Source: a virus
Taxonomy: Duplodnaviria; Caudoviricetes
DNA: 64,000 nucleotides
IMG/VR virus record: IMGVR_UViG_3300021431_000076
Coordinates: 96,001-160,000 of that record
Strand: one strand, 5' to 3'
Made by a program: the position numbers and the translations under genes. The notes under the pieces are model-generated. The model worked only from the letters and a program-made list of their open reading frames with translations. It ran no database searches and had not been told where the DNA came from. Each line of letters starts with the position of its first letter. Within the stretch, counting starts at the first letter, position 1. Shown in pieces: positions 9,212 through 19,961 of the stretch.

Positions 9212-9229
9212 TATAATAGATCATATAAT

Positions 9230-9257
9230 CCAGGAAAGATCATATGATCTTTCCTGG
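9230..9257. terminator. 28-bp perfect palindrome, terminator-like
   Basis: CCAGGAAAGATCATATGATCTTTCCTGG. Confidence 0.6.
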
Positions 9258-9282
9258 TTCTTTATGTTAAGAGGTGAGAATA

Positions 9283-10353
9283 ATGTCAGCAAATAGAGGG
9301 TATAAAGTCCCTATGACAGTTGTTACTCAAGATAGTAGAGATAAATATCCTGTAGTAAACACTAATGATGTTGCTGGTGGCCTTCATTCAGTTGATACTA
9401 TAAATGATATGCTTATGATTCCATACCTTAGAAGAAAACTAGGTATGAGATGTTATGTAACTAGTTTAAGCAAAGAATATAAACTTATTTCTCATACTAG
9501 TGCAGATATTACTATTATATCTGATTGGGAAGAAATAGAAAAAGGGGTATCCCAATCAGAACTGGCTAATTATGCTCCTAAGACAGAATTAGATACATTA
9601 AAGGGTCAGGTGAATTCATTGCCTGATATGAGTCAATTTGCCACTCAGACTGAAGTACAATCAGTTCAATCTCAGATTCCTGATATGAGTCAGTATGTAA
9701 AGAAATCTGAAATATCTGTTCCAGGAACTGGTGGTGGTACTCCAACTCTTCCAGATTTTACTCAATTTGCTACTAAGACTGAGGTGCAATCAGTTCAATC
9801 TCAGATTCCTGATATGAGTCAATATGTAAAGAAATCTGAAATATCTGTTCCTTCTTCAGGTAGTGGTACTCCAACTCTTCCAGATTTTACTCAGTTTGCT
9901 ACTAAGAATGATGTACAGTCAGTAGATAATAAGACTGTTACAAATAAGAATAATCTAGCTAATCATATTATTTACACACAAGATGAATTGGACAAGCTTC
10001 AATGGCAACAAAAAGAGTTTACAGTAGAACAATCTGAAGTTCCAAAAGAAGTTACTATAGATATTAAGAATGCAAATTCTGCTTATAAATATCCTCCAGT
10101 AGAAGTATTAAAATATGATAAACTTGAAACTGCTATTACGGAAACAGTAACACTTGCTGACTTCGTAGCAAGTGAAGCAAGTCAATACGAGACTAATGAT
10201 AAAGTTACATTTGATGGTAGTTTGCATATATCTCCAGATGTTGCTATTAATATGAGTACCCCTGTCTTATTCAATTCTGGAATATATGTATCTGTAAGCG
10301 ATCCTATATCTTATGATAGAATTCAAAATGCTGCATCTATCACTATCGAATAA
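9283..10353 (+). CDS. Fibre-like protein with shared N-terminal domain and 43-aa repeats
   Basis: N-domain GYxVP...YPV..xDVAGG.H.V...IPxLRRKxGMxCYV is shared with 15779 and 16445; SD AGAGGTGA favours ATG 9283. Confidence 0.7.
   Translation: MSANRGYKVPMTVVTQDSRDKYPVVNTNDVAGGLHSVDTINDMLMIPYLRRKLGMRCYVTSLSKEYKLISHTSADITIISDWEEIEKGVSQSELANYAPKTELDTLKGQVNSLPDMSQFATQTEVQSVQSQIPDMSQYVKKSEISVPGTGGGTPTLPDFTQFATKTEVQSVQSQIPDMSQYVKKSEISVPSSGSGTPTLPDFTQFATKNDVQSVDNKTVTNKNNLANHIIYTQDELDKLQWQQKEFTVEQSEVPKEVTIDIKNANSAYKYPPVEVLKYDKLETAITETVTLADFVASEASQYETNDKVTFDGSLHISPDVAINMSTPVLFNSGIYVSVSDPISYDRIQNAASITIE
9622..9906 (+). repeat. Imperfect in-frame tandem repeat, period about 129 bp, about 2.2 copies
   Basis: QFATxTEVQSVQSQIPDMSQYVKKSEISVP...TPTLPDFT is repeated. 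Confidence 0.85.
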
Positions 10354-10365
10354 GAGGTGATATGA

Positions 10366-12192
10366 ATGGCATCTTATGTTACCGATTCAAGAACTATAGC
10401 ATTTTATAAGTTTAATAATGCAAATACTCCGTTTTATAATTCTATATCTGGAACTGCAAATTTATTAGAACCAATAAAAAACAATTATAATTCTTCTAGT
10501 ACAAATACACCAAATTATGGTGTAATATCTCAAGAACGATACAGATCTAGAAAATCATCATATAAATTAACTCATAACGAATCTACTTCCAAATATACAG
10601 GGTTGCAATTCAATTGTTATAATTATTCATTCTATAAAAACAGCCTTAAATTTGATCAATCTGGATCAGCAACAAATTATGTTGTTACAAAAAATGAGTG
10701 GACTGTAGATTTTTGGTTATATCCTAATATATTAAATATACAACCTACAGATGATTATTATTGCCCATTTTTAAGAATATTTAGTTCAGAGTCTGATTCG
10801 GCAATAAGGAATACTTTACATAATTATTTAAAATCTCTTAAAGCTGTAGATAAATATCTGTTTAGGATAAATCAAATTCATATGTTTGCTACAAATAAAA
10901 ATATAGAAAATGCAAATACTGAATTTTATTTAAATTTTAAAGCTGTTACGTACAAAACTGTTTATAACAGTACTCAAACACAAATTGAAGTAAGTAATAG
11001 TAATAATCCATATATTAGAGATTATATAGTAGGTTTACCAATAAATAAAAATGCATGGAATCATATAGCCCTTATAAATTCAATTGAAAAAGGAATAATA
11101 ATAGCTATTAATGGTCAAATAATAAAACTTATTGAAAATTTTGACAGTAATAGAGATTATTGTTTTATGAACAATGATGATGATTATAGAATATATATAG
11201 GGAGTACTCCTTATAAATCTTTAGGAACTACAAATCAAAATAATGTCGTTGGACGTCCATCTGAAGCAATGTCATTAAATATATATAAAAATGCTGATAT
11301 TTATAAAACGGGAGTAAATGCATCTCATACACAATACCAAATATTACCAGCTAATGTAGTTCAATCTTATACTAATAATTCTTATATTGATGATTTAAGA
11401 TTCTCTCAAGCAGCTTTATGGACAGAGAACTTTATACCTCCTGGATTGATCGGCAAACAGATATTCATCTATGATGAATATGCGTATTATACTGATCCAA
11501 ATACTGGTCTTGCAACTAAACTATCATTTGCTAAATGGAATGATATATCTGATTCAGATAAATTAATTTTATTAGATAGAGTAGCATATAATTATCTGCC
11601 AGATGTAAATCAAATCAAACTTATTCAAACAGATCCAACTAAAGATATAGTATGTTTAAATTACCAACTAGATACAGTAAAACCAACGATAAATATAGAT
11701 AAAATAAATCAATCCAGATCAGAAATAGTATATCCGACTCAGTTCATGAACTATAGTACTATTCAAAATTACTTAGTGAATATAACAGCAACTGGGTCTA
11801 CTAATAATACATCTATTATACGTTTAGGAGTTACTAGAGATGGTATAATTTATTATACCTATAATGCCACTAATGCTTCATGGGTTCCATTAGATAATAG
11901 AGAAGATGTTATTACAAATGGTATATTGATAAACTCTCTACAATATATTCCTAAATCTGCTTGGATACAATTTGATTTATCTAAATTTGCATTTGCTATT
12001 GCATTAACAAGAACAAACGATTCAGATCCTTGTAAGATTGATGATATAAAATTAAAAGTTAATCTAGAAGAAAAGTGGGTTAAAGCTAACAAAGAGAATC
12101 AAGTTAAATATAAATATGTAGGTCCTACTATGTTGAAAATAACTTTCCTAGAAGATGGAAATTATAAAGTAACTTATAATGATAGGGGGTGA
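10366..12192 (+). CDS. LamG/ConA-like lectin domain protein, paralogue 1
   Basis: EWTVDFW...WNHIAL...YIDDLRFS motifs; conserved C-terminus LKITFLEDGNYKVTY. Confidence 0.75.
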   Translation: MASYVTDSRTIAFYKFNNANTPFYNSISGTANLLEPIKNNYNSSSTNTPNYGVISQERYRSRKSSYKLTHNESTSKYTGLQFNCYNYSFYKNSLKFDQSGSATNYVVTKNEWTVDFWLYPNILNIQPTDDYYCPFLRIFSSESDSAIRNTLHNYLKSLKAVDKYLFRINQIHMFATNKNIENANTEFYLNFKAVTYKTVYNSTQTQIEVSNSNNPYIRDYIVGLPINKNAWNHIALINSIEKGIIIAINGQIIKLIENFDSNRDYCFMNNDDDYRIYIGSTPYKSLGTTNQNNVVGRPSEAMSLNIYKNADIYKTGVNASHTQYQILPANVVQSYTNNSYIDDLRFSQAALWTENFIPPGLIGKQIFIYDEYAYYTDPNTGLATKLSFAKWNDISDSDKLILLDRVAYNYLPDVNQIKLIQTDPTKDIVCLNYQLDTVKPTINIDKINQSRSEIVYPTQFMNYSTIQNYLVNITATGSTNNTSIIRLGVTRDGIIYYTYNATNASWVPLDNREDVITNGILINSLQYIPKSAWIQFDLSKFAFAIALTRTNDSDPCKIDDIKLKVNLEEKWVKANKENQVKYKYVGPTMLKITFLEDGNYKVTYNDRG

Positions 12193-12199
12193 AATAGGT

Positions 12200-13939
12200 A
12201 TGGATTATAAAATGGAAAATCTTTCTTCTTCTATAAGAAGATCTATATATAATTTTGAATCTAGTTGGAGTTTAAATGATATTCCTCCATTAGGAGAATT
12301 ATCAAATTATAATATAGGTCTTACTGTAAATGACAAGAATAAAATATCACTTACATCTTCCAATGTAAAATTTGGCACTTGTTGTCTTAAATTAAATTCA
12401 GGAGCTTGTGTATACAGTGATGGTATATTCAAAGATACTCAAGACAATATAAACTTTGCTAATAGAGAATTCACTATAGACTTTTGGGTTTATTGCGAAA
12501 AATCCTATGCTCAATTTGATCCTAGTACAGATTTATCTAAATCTAATATCTTTACAGAGAAATGCACTAATCCATATCTATTTGTATATGGTATGAAAGA
12601 CCCTATCTTTAGTTATCTTAAAGAAGATAAGAATGGATATAGATATATCCCACAAGTATTTGCTTTAGGATATAATTCTGTTACAGAGAAAGCATATATA
12701 TTAGTATTTAGGTCTAAAGTATATCAGCTTCAATCAGGACAAACTGTACCAGAGAATTCTACAAAATTCACTGTGAATGGTGGAGAATATTATGTAGATG
12801 GTGTACAAAATATATTTACAAATGAACATGACCCATATCAAATTTATGAATGCAATATGTCAGCTTATCAATGGCATCATATCACTTTCTCTTATAGTAA
12901 ATCTAATGGTGCTGGTATTTATATAGATTATGGAAATCCAGTAAATTCTAAAGGATTCAGTGTTTCTTGGGCTTCTACTTTCAATTATCCTCCTGATGAA
13001 CAAGGACCGTCTATTGCATTTGGTAATTATGGTAAATCTTATTTTAGAGGACAAGATGCATTCTTCTCTATAGGAAATCATTCTGTACCATATGCTCAAG
13101 ATTGGTTAGAATGGGAAAGATCAAATTCTGCTTTATATAAAAACTATGGGGTTATTCATATAGATCAACTTAGGGTTACTGATAGTAGTTTATCTATAGT
13201 TCCAGAAAAGAGAATAGCAGTAGTAAATAATGATGCATACGGAATGGTGAATGGAAATCTTATACAACTAGCAACTAATTGGAGTACTTTGTCTTCTGAT
13301 CAAAGATTGAGTTGCTATCAAATAGTAGACACTGAATCTCAATTTGATGCAGATGATTTGAAAGATTTAGTATTAGATAATACATATGAACTTAGAATAG
13401 AATCATATACTCCAGAATATACCAATACCAAAACTGTTTTGAGAACAGATTCAGATCATAGAGCTGTAGTAGAACCTAAAAAATTATGGGATATAGGAGT
13501 ATTTGGAGAAATTGAACAAATGACTGTAGATTTCAATATAGAGAATAATGGTAAAATAATGGTTGCTCCTACTAATGATTTAGTTAACGGAGTATACTTT
13601 GGATATGATTTCTCTTTATATCAATGGAAACCTATAGCAGCATCAGAAATAGAAACTAAAGGTATACAAGCAAATCAATTAGGAGCTATTCCTAAAATTT
13701 CTTGGAGTACATTAGGAAAGAATTTGGCATTTGGATATTATATAGAAGCTGAAGAAGAAGGAGTAGATGTAGCTGAATTAAATTCTATAGATGCAGTATG
13801 TACTATAGATACTATACAAGAAGAAGCTAGTTTTGTAACTGATGTAGAATACTCTTATTTATCTTTTGATAAACTACTAGTCAAATTTTTAAATAAAGGA
13901 AATTATAAAGTAACCTATTATGATAAGGAGGGGATCTAA
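12200..13939 (+). CDS. LamG/ConA-like lectin domain protein, paralogue 2
   Basis: EFTIDFW...WHHITF...IDQLRV motifs; C-terminus LLVKFLNKGNYKVTY; SD favours ATG 12200. Confidence 0.75.
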   Translation: MDYKMENLSSSIRRSIYNFESSWSLNDIPPLGELSNYNIGLTVNDKNKISLTSSNVKFGTCCLKLNSGACVYSDGIFKDTQDNINFANREFTIDFWVYCEKSYAQFDPSTDLSKSNIFTEKCTNPYLFVYGMKDPIFSYLKEDKNGYRYIPQVFALGYNSVTEKAYILVFRSKVYQLQSGQTVPENSTKFTVNGGEYYVDGVQNIFTNEHDPYQIYECNMSAYQWHHITFSYSKSNGAGIYIDYGNPVNSKGFSVSWASTFNYPPDEQGPSIAFGNYGKSYFRGQDAFFSIGNHSVPYAQDWLEWERSNSALYKNYGVIHIDQLRVTDSSLSIVPEKRIAVVNNDAYGMVNGNLIQLATNWSTLSSDQRLSCYQIVDTESQFDADDLKDLVLDNTYELRIESYTPEYTNTKTVLRTDSDHRAVVEPKKLWDIGVFGEIEQMTVDFNIENNGKIMVAPTNDLVNGVYFGYDFSLYQWKPIAASEIETKGIQANQLGAIPKISWSTLGKNLAFGYYIEAEEEGVDVAELNSIDAVCTIDTIQEEASFVTDVEYSYLSFDKLLVKFLNKGNYKVTYYDKEGI

Positions 13940-15763
13940 ATGTCTGGCATCAATCCAACAGAGTCTACCCTCTCTTTACTTAAATTCAATGATAAAAACC
14001 AATGGGGAAGAGAATCCATATCGAATTCTCCATTTGTATGGGAAAATTTAGCAATTAAAGATGGAGGTTATTATGGTAATATTTATGATCTAACTGTAGA
14101 TCATATAGGAGATTCTTTTACTGATGTTTCTGGTGGTCTTGGTTCAAAATATATTTCTAGAACCAAAGGTAAAGTATTAAAAGAATATTCATGCATATAT
14201 GCTAAATTACCTGATACATCATATGCTTCAATGACTGTAGAATTCTGGGTATATCTAGGATTTAATCCAACTAATACCACAGAAAAAGGAACTCTTCTAA
14301 ATTATAACTATTTTATGACTGATTATTATCCAACAGGAGCTGGATTGTTTGAACTGAATGTTCATAATGCAATAAATGGAAGAAGAGTATTCAATGCTGG
14401 TGGAAATAATTCTATATATTCTGTAAATGAATATCACTGGATGACATATAATACTTCTACTTATAAACAATGGGCATGGCCATTATTAGTATATCTAGCA
14501 TATTCTGCTGTTACTAAGAAATTTATGTACAGAGTTCCTAATAATATAGAAGTTGTAGAAACTAGTGGTGGTACAAAAGGCGGTAAATTAGTTCAAAGCT
14601 ATAAACACTATGAAACACTTGGTGTATACCCTCCTAATCATTGGTATCATATTGCTATTACTATGACAAGCTCTAGTGTATGCTTATTTATAAATGGTAA
14701 GAAAGCTGGAACTGGATTATCTATTTCAAATTCATCTTCTGGATCTACTTCTGGTACAACATATCAGAATAGATTACAATTTATGCAAACATCAGATTAT
14801 CATTTCTCTATAGGAAATAGAATGACTCCATCATACACATTATCCAGAGATGAGCAGATAGCATTCAATAATACTTTATCAAAGAATTATGCACCTTTTA
14901 GATTTTGGAATTGGAATGGTGGTACTGATCCAAATGTATTTGATCCACAGTATGATCAGACATACTATATTGATGATGTTAGAATATCTAATGGTGTTAT
15001 ATATACTGGAAACTTTAGACCACCAGGATTCCCAGGAATTCAATTATTAAATAACAATGATAAGATATATGCATATGATGATTCAACTTATTCATTTACT
15101 TTAATAACAGATAAATGGTCTACTAGGACAGATGCTGAAAAGAAAGCAATAGTAGATAGTATAGCTTTTATAGATTTAAACTTGGAAGATATTCAATCTG
15201 TTACTAATATAGGAGATAATCCAACTATAGAAGTATATAGGGATAGCAATGAACAAGTTACTTGTGAAATGCCAGTAAATGTATATGAAACTACTGTGGA
15301 ACCAAGTACTCTTATTCCTCTATATTCAAAAGAAAAAGATATCAATAAAATAGAGTTTGAACACTCCTTATCAGAAAAATCATATATAAAGGTATTGATT
15401 ACCGATTCAATAATTTCAGGTGCACAAGAATATAAGACGTATAATTTCACTACAAACGATTGGGAAACATGTGATATAGCTGATATATCTACAAATGGAA
15501 TTGATATAGATTCTGTTAAAGATATTCCGTCTTCTAAACTTATGGAACTTGGTTATGATATAGGATTTGCGTACTTCTTGCATTTAGAACCATATAAATC
15601 TGATTGTGAGATAAATAAGATTAATGTTAATCTTACTATGTCGAATGCATGGAAACATTGTAATCAGCTTAAAGCAAACTATGAATATACCATGTTTAAT
15701 AGACTTAGAGTCGTTTTCTATGAAGATGGTAAATATAAAGTGAATTATATGGACAAACCATAA
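13940..15763 (+). CDS. LamG/ConA-like lectin domain protein, paralogue 3
   Basis: MTVEFW...WYHIAI...YIDDVRIS motifs; C-terminus LRVVFYEDGKYKVNY. Confidence 0.75.
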   Translation: MSGINPTESTLSLLKFNDKNQWGRESISNSPFVWENLAIKDGGYYGNIYDLTVDHIGDSFTDVSGGLGSKYISRTKGKVLKEYSCIYAKLPDTSYASMTVEFWVYLGFNPTNTTEKGTLLNYNYFMTDYYPTGAGLFELNVHNAINGRRVFNAGGNNSIYSVNEYHWMTYNTSTYKQWAWPLLVYLAYSAVTKKFMYRVPNNIEVVETSGGTKGGKLVQSYKHYETLGVYPPNHWYHIAITMTSSSVCLFINGKKAGTGLSISNSSSGSTSGTTYQNRLQFMQTSDYHFSIGNRMTPSYTLSRDEQIAFNNTLSKNYAPFRFWNWNGGTDPNVFDPQYDQTYYIDDVRISNGVIYTGNFRPPGFPGIQLLNNNDKIYAYDDSTYSFTLITDKWSTRTDAEKKAIVDSIAFIDLNLEDIQSVTNIGDNPTIEVYRDSNEQVTCEMPVNVYETTVEPSTLIPLYSKEKDINKIEFEHSLSEKSYIKVLITDSIISGAQEYKTYNFTTNDWETCDIADISTNGIDIDSVKDIPSSKLMELGYDIGFAYFLHLEPYKSDCEINKINVNLTMSNAWKHCNQLKANYEYTMFNRLRVVFYEDGKYKVNYMDKP

Positions 15764-15778
15764 GAGAGGAGGAATAAC

Positions 15779-16354
15779 ATGGCATCTGAAATTAAGAAAG
15801 GATATAGAATACCTGCACCATTAACTACATTAAATTCTTCTCAAGAATATCCTGTAGCTGATATGGAAGATATTGCAGGAGGTTATCATATCGTAAAAAA
15901 TACAAACGAAATGTTTAATATTCCTCGCTTACATAGAAGAGTAGGAATGGTTTGTTATATACGAGATGAAGACCAAGAGTATAGATTAATAATCAATGCT
16001 AGTACAGATAAGACTACAGCTATAAACTGGATAAAGATTACAACTCCTGGAGGATCTGGAAGTGGAGGCTCAGTAGACTTATCTAATTATGTAACCAGAA
16101 CTCTATTTGATCCAGTTAAAGCCAAAGTAGATGATTTACCAGATATGGCTACAATGGCTACTAAAGCGGATGTACAGATAGCAAAGAATGGTGTAGTAAA
16201 ATATATAGATAATAAGACAGCTAATATGGCTACAATGGCAGATATACCAGATATTTCTCCATTCTTAACCCAGCCTCAAATAGAAGAACTTATCGACGAA
16301 TCAGATGATGATGATGACGTTACTCAAAGTGAAATAGATGCTCTATTTAATTAA
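15779..16354 (+). CDS. Short fibre-like protein with the shared N-terminal domain
   Basis: Same N-domain as 9283 and 16445; DLSNYVT motif; acidic tail. Confidence 0.7.
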   Translation: MASEIKKGYRIPAPLTTLNSSQEYPVADMEDIAGGYHIVKNTNEMFNIPRLHRRVGMVCYIRDEDQEYRLIINASTDKTTAINWIKITTPGGSGSGGSVDLSNYVTRTLFDPVKAKVDDLPDMATMATKADVQIAKNGVVKYIDNKTANMATMADIPDISPFLTQPQIEELIDESDDDDDVTQSEIDALFN

Positions 16355-16364
16355 TAAAAATAAG

Positions 16365-16391
16365 AAGTCCGGAGTATAACACTCCGGACTT
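16365..16391 (+). terminator. Terminator-like hairpin
   Basis: 11-bp perfect stem AAGTCCGGAGT/ACTCCGGACTT. Confidence 0.7.
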
Positions 16392-16444
16392 ATAAATAAG
16401 TGATTCTAGACAATCCTTAATTTAGAAGAAAGGATGATATATTA

Positions 16445-19400
16445 ATGGCTAAAAATAAAGGATATTTAGTTCCTGGTATAGTCAAGACATTAGATGACAG
16501 AGATAAATATCCTGTGGCTGATGTTAATGACGTAGCAGGTGCACGACATATTGTGCAAACAGATGCCGAAAGACTAGCTATTCCTAAACTCCGTCGTAAA
16601 ATCGGTATGGAATGCTATGTCGCTGGCACTGGTATGCTTTATAAACTTACAAATGATCCAGCTACTGATAGTACTACAGTAAATGATTGGTCCGAAGAAA
16701 AAATTCTTACTGCTGCTGAAGTGGCTCAGTTTGTTACTACGACTAATTTAACTTCTAAACTTTCTCTTTATGCTCTTAAGACAGATCTTCCAGACTTGTC
16801 TCAGTATGCTACACTAGCTACCACTTCTCTTGCTAATTATTATGTAAAGTCTGATACTTACAGCAAGACCGAAGCAGACAATGAATTTGTTAAGAAAACA
16901 GACCTTCCTAAATTTGATAAAATTATTGTAGCATTAAAGAGACCAGATATTATCAGTGTAAACTATAACACCGATATTAAAGATATTACACTACCAACTG
17001 ATATTGATGTAACTTATGCAAATGGTTCTGCAGCTACACTTCCAGTAGTATGGGAAAAATCTACTTACAATAAAACTGCTTCTGGAGTACAAATTTTACT
17101 TGGTACCCTGACTTTACCAACAGGCACCAAGAATGCTATCGTCAACGTAATCCAGCATATTATTGTAGGTCCAGAACTACATGTTATTGACCATATCATT
17201 GGTACTGTTCCTGTACCAATTACAGCTGAATATGATGCTCCATTTGATAAGCTTGGTCTACCAACTAGAATGCAAGTAGAATACGTTGATGGTACTACTG
17301 GATATCTAGATATAGACTGGAGTGGAGCAGTATCTTCTTATAATCCTAAAGAGGTAAATGTTCAGACACTTACTGGTACATTCTTGCTACCAACTAGTGT
17401 ACAGCAACCATCTACTCCTGTAGAACCAGAAGTAGAAGTTCAGGCTAGGATTAAACCTCTTAAGATTATATCTGATGCATCTATGGTTATGCCTCTTGTT
17501 ATTGAAGGTACATTATTTGATGCTGCTGGTTTCCCAACTTCTAATACTGTAACACTTGAAGATAACTCTACAACCACTTTAAATATTAAATGGAACAAAG
17601 GCTCATATAATCCATTTGATATAGGAAGACAGTATCTTACTGGTGAATATGTGTTAGTAGATGGTATTGTTAATGATGATGATGTAACTCCAGATATAAT
17701 CTTTGAAGTTGGTACTCCACCAGATATTTGTCAAGTAATTGATCCAGATCCAGTATTTACTGGAATTGGTGTAAATGCTGCAAATTTGACACTTCCACCA
17801 TCTGTAACTGTTAAAGTACTTGCTTATGATGGTACTATAACAACAGCTTCTGCTAATGTAAATTGGAACTTAAATCCATATAATGCTACTACTGAACCAA
17901 ATGGTACTACATATGATAAGAATGTTCCAGGTTCTTATTATATCTATGGTACTTTAGTACCTCCTGCTGGTGTTACTAATAAAACCAATCTTGATACTGA
18001 AATCGTTGTAAATGTAACTGCTGGTGTAACTTATTCTGTAAAGAATGATGTTATCGAAACCCACGCAGATCTACCAAATGGTTCAACACTAGCTGATATT
18101 GTTAAACCTTCTTCTGTAACAGTAGAACTTGTTGGATCTGATGGAACTACTTCCACAGATACTGCTAATGTTACTTGGAGTGCTGCTGATACAGTTCCAG
18201 CATTCGATGGTACTAAAGCAGGTACTTATACTTGGTATAGTGATCCATTTGCTGATACTGCAAACTATACCAACCCTGGTCAGAAGAGAGTTAAACTTGA
18301 CGTAACTGTACAAGCTCCTGTTACAGTTGTATATACATTAGAAACAGTTGGCCAATCTATTGGAACAAGTGCTACATTAACAGAAGGAGATACTTACACA
18401 GAAGCTTCTCTCAATTTGCCTAATGGTACAAATGTAACAGTAAAACGTTCTGATACTCAAGAAATTAAAACATATATTGCACCAATAGTTTCTTGGAATA
18501 AGAGTAATTTAGATAGTAATGACGATGGAGTAGTAGATTCTAATATTGCTTCTTCTTCTCCAATAGAAATTTATGGTTCTATTGATTTAGGCAATATTAT
18601 TTCTGGAGTAGCAGTAAAGAATCCTAATGGTTTAACTTATATTAATAAAGTACAAGTAAATGCAGCTCCTCCAACTCCAGTTACTCGTAATACTATTAAA
18701 GGATTAGCAACTCCCATTCCTGAAGTGACAAATGGTATGACAGTTCCATTTAATGGTAACGTAAATGATATCATTACCCAGCTATCTACTTCTTATCCAA
18801 CAATAGATCTTGAATATGGTGATGGTACAAATCCAGACTCTATTATTACTGGTATTGCTGTTACTTGGTCTGCTGATCCATTAGCTGATACTTCTAGTGC
18901 TAATAGCACTTTCAATGTATATGGTAATGTAGATCTTACTGCATTAGAGAATGGTTCTACTCCTATCTATAATGATCTGAATTTCATTCCTATTAAGATT
19001 CAGGTTACTGTAGGTGCAGCTCCTGTTGTTAAGACTTTTGAATCATTTGAATATGTTCCAGCTAGTGCTGCTACAGTTAATGTGGCTTATGGTACTGCTG
19101 AGAATGATATCACTGGTTTACCATCTACAATCAAAGTAAATTGTGTTGAAGATGGTAGCAATAATAGTCATACACTTAATATTACTGGTTGGACTAGCAC
19201 AAACTATGATCCAACAACTCCAGGGGATTATGTATTCACACCAACCATCAATATGACTTCTGATAGCAATAATGTTGATATTAGCGATCATACTGGCAAT
19301 CCAACTGTTCCAACTGTAACAGTTACAGTAGGTTCTGCTCCAGTTACTGGTACAACATATCTGACCTCTGAATATACTGTTCCAAGTGATAGAGTAACTC

Positions 19401-19858
19401 AGCCAGATGTATACATGAGTAATTACTCTGATGATGTATTTGCTAAATTAAAGGCAATTGCTAATAGCTCTGGTAGTGCTAATATCGAAGATGCATATAT
19501 GGGTCTCTATGATGATCAGACTGGTGAAACTGACTTCTCTAAGAGAACAGTTGAATTCAGATTTATGGGTACTCCAGTACAACCAATTGCTGATGGTGTG
19601 CTGATTCCTAATGCTGAACAAATTACCAATGACCCATCTATTGGAACCAAATTCCAAGCTAAACTTAATGAACTTGGTATTGCTGATGGTGTATTTGGCT
19701 CAGCTTCTGATCCACAATATATTGCTGGTATAGAAATCAGAGACGATAAAGCTTCTTCACAAATTATATTCAGCCAAGCTTTACCAAATGCTATAATTCA
19801 GATTAGAGTTGTTGATCAAGGTACTTATATTACTGATGATCCTAACTCTTATCTATAA
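16445..19858 (+). CDS. Large protein with about eight bacterial Ig-like (Big_4-like) repeats
   Basis: Repeated LP..V.V.Y.DG....V.W....Y.....G.Y...G pattern; shared N-domain; no signal peptide seen. Confidence 0.75.
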   Translation: MAKNKGYLVPGIVKTLDDRDKYPVADVNDVAGARHIVQTDAERLAIPKLRRKIGMECYVAGTGMLYKLTNDPATDSTTVNDWSEEKILTAAEVAQFVTTTNLTSKLSLYALKTDLPDLSQYATLATTSLANYYVKSDTYSKTEADNEFVKKTDLPKFDKIIVALKRPDIISVNYNTDIKDITLPTDIDVTYANGSAATLPVVWEKSTYNKTASGVQILLGTLTLPTGTKNAIVNVIQHIIVGPELHVIDHIIGTVPVPITAEYDAPFDKLGLPTRMQVEYVDGTTGYLDIDWSGAVSSYNPKEVNVQTLTGTFLLPTSVQQPSTPVEPEVEVQARIKPLKIISDASMVMPLVIEGTLFDAAGFPTSNTVTLEDNSTTTLNIKWNKGSYNPFDIGRQYLTGEYVLVDGIVNDDDVTPDIIFEVGTPPDICQVIDPDPVFTGIGVNAANLTLPPSVTVKVLAYDGTITTASANVNWNLNPYNATTEPNGTTYDKNVPGSYYIYGTLVPPAGVTNKTNLDTEIVVNVTAGVTYSVKNDVIETHADLPNGSTLADIVKPSSVTVELVGSDGTTSTDTANVTWSAADTVPAFDGTKAGTYTWYSDPFADTANYTNPGQKRVKLDVTVQAPVTVVYTLETVGQSIGTSATLTEGDTYTEASLNLPNGTNVTVKRSDTQEIKTYIAPIVSWNKSNLDSNDDGVVDSNIASSSPIEIYGSIDLGNIISGVAVKNPNGLTYINKVQVNAAPPTPVTRNTIKGLATPIPEVTNGMTVPFNGNVNDIITQLSTSYPTIDLEYGDGTNPDSIITGIAVTWSADPLADTSSANSTFNVYGNVDLTALENGSTPIYNDLNFIPIKIQVTVGAAPVVKTFESFEYVPASAATVNVAYGTAENDITGLPSTIKVNCVEDGSNNSHTLNITGWTSTNYDPTTPGDYVFTPTINMTSDSNNVDISDHTGNPTVPTVTVTVGSAPVTGTTYLTSEYTVPSDRVTQPDVYMSNYSDDVFAKLKAIANSSGSANIEDAYMGLYDDQTGETDFSKRTVEFRFMGTPVQPIADGVLIPNAEQITNDPSIGTKFQAKLNELGIADGVFGSASDPQYIAGIEIRDDKASSQIIFSQALPNAIIQIRVVDQGTYITDDPNSYL

Positions 19859-19961
19859 GATATTCACTAAGAGGTATTCATAAGAGTACCTCTTAGTTTT
19901 TAATATATACTAAAAAGAAAGGAGGATTCCCTTTCTTTTGTAGTGAAAGGGAGATTGAAAT

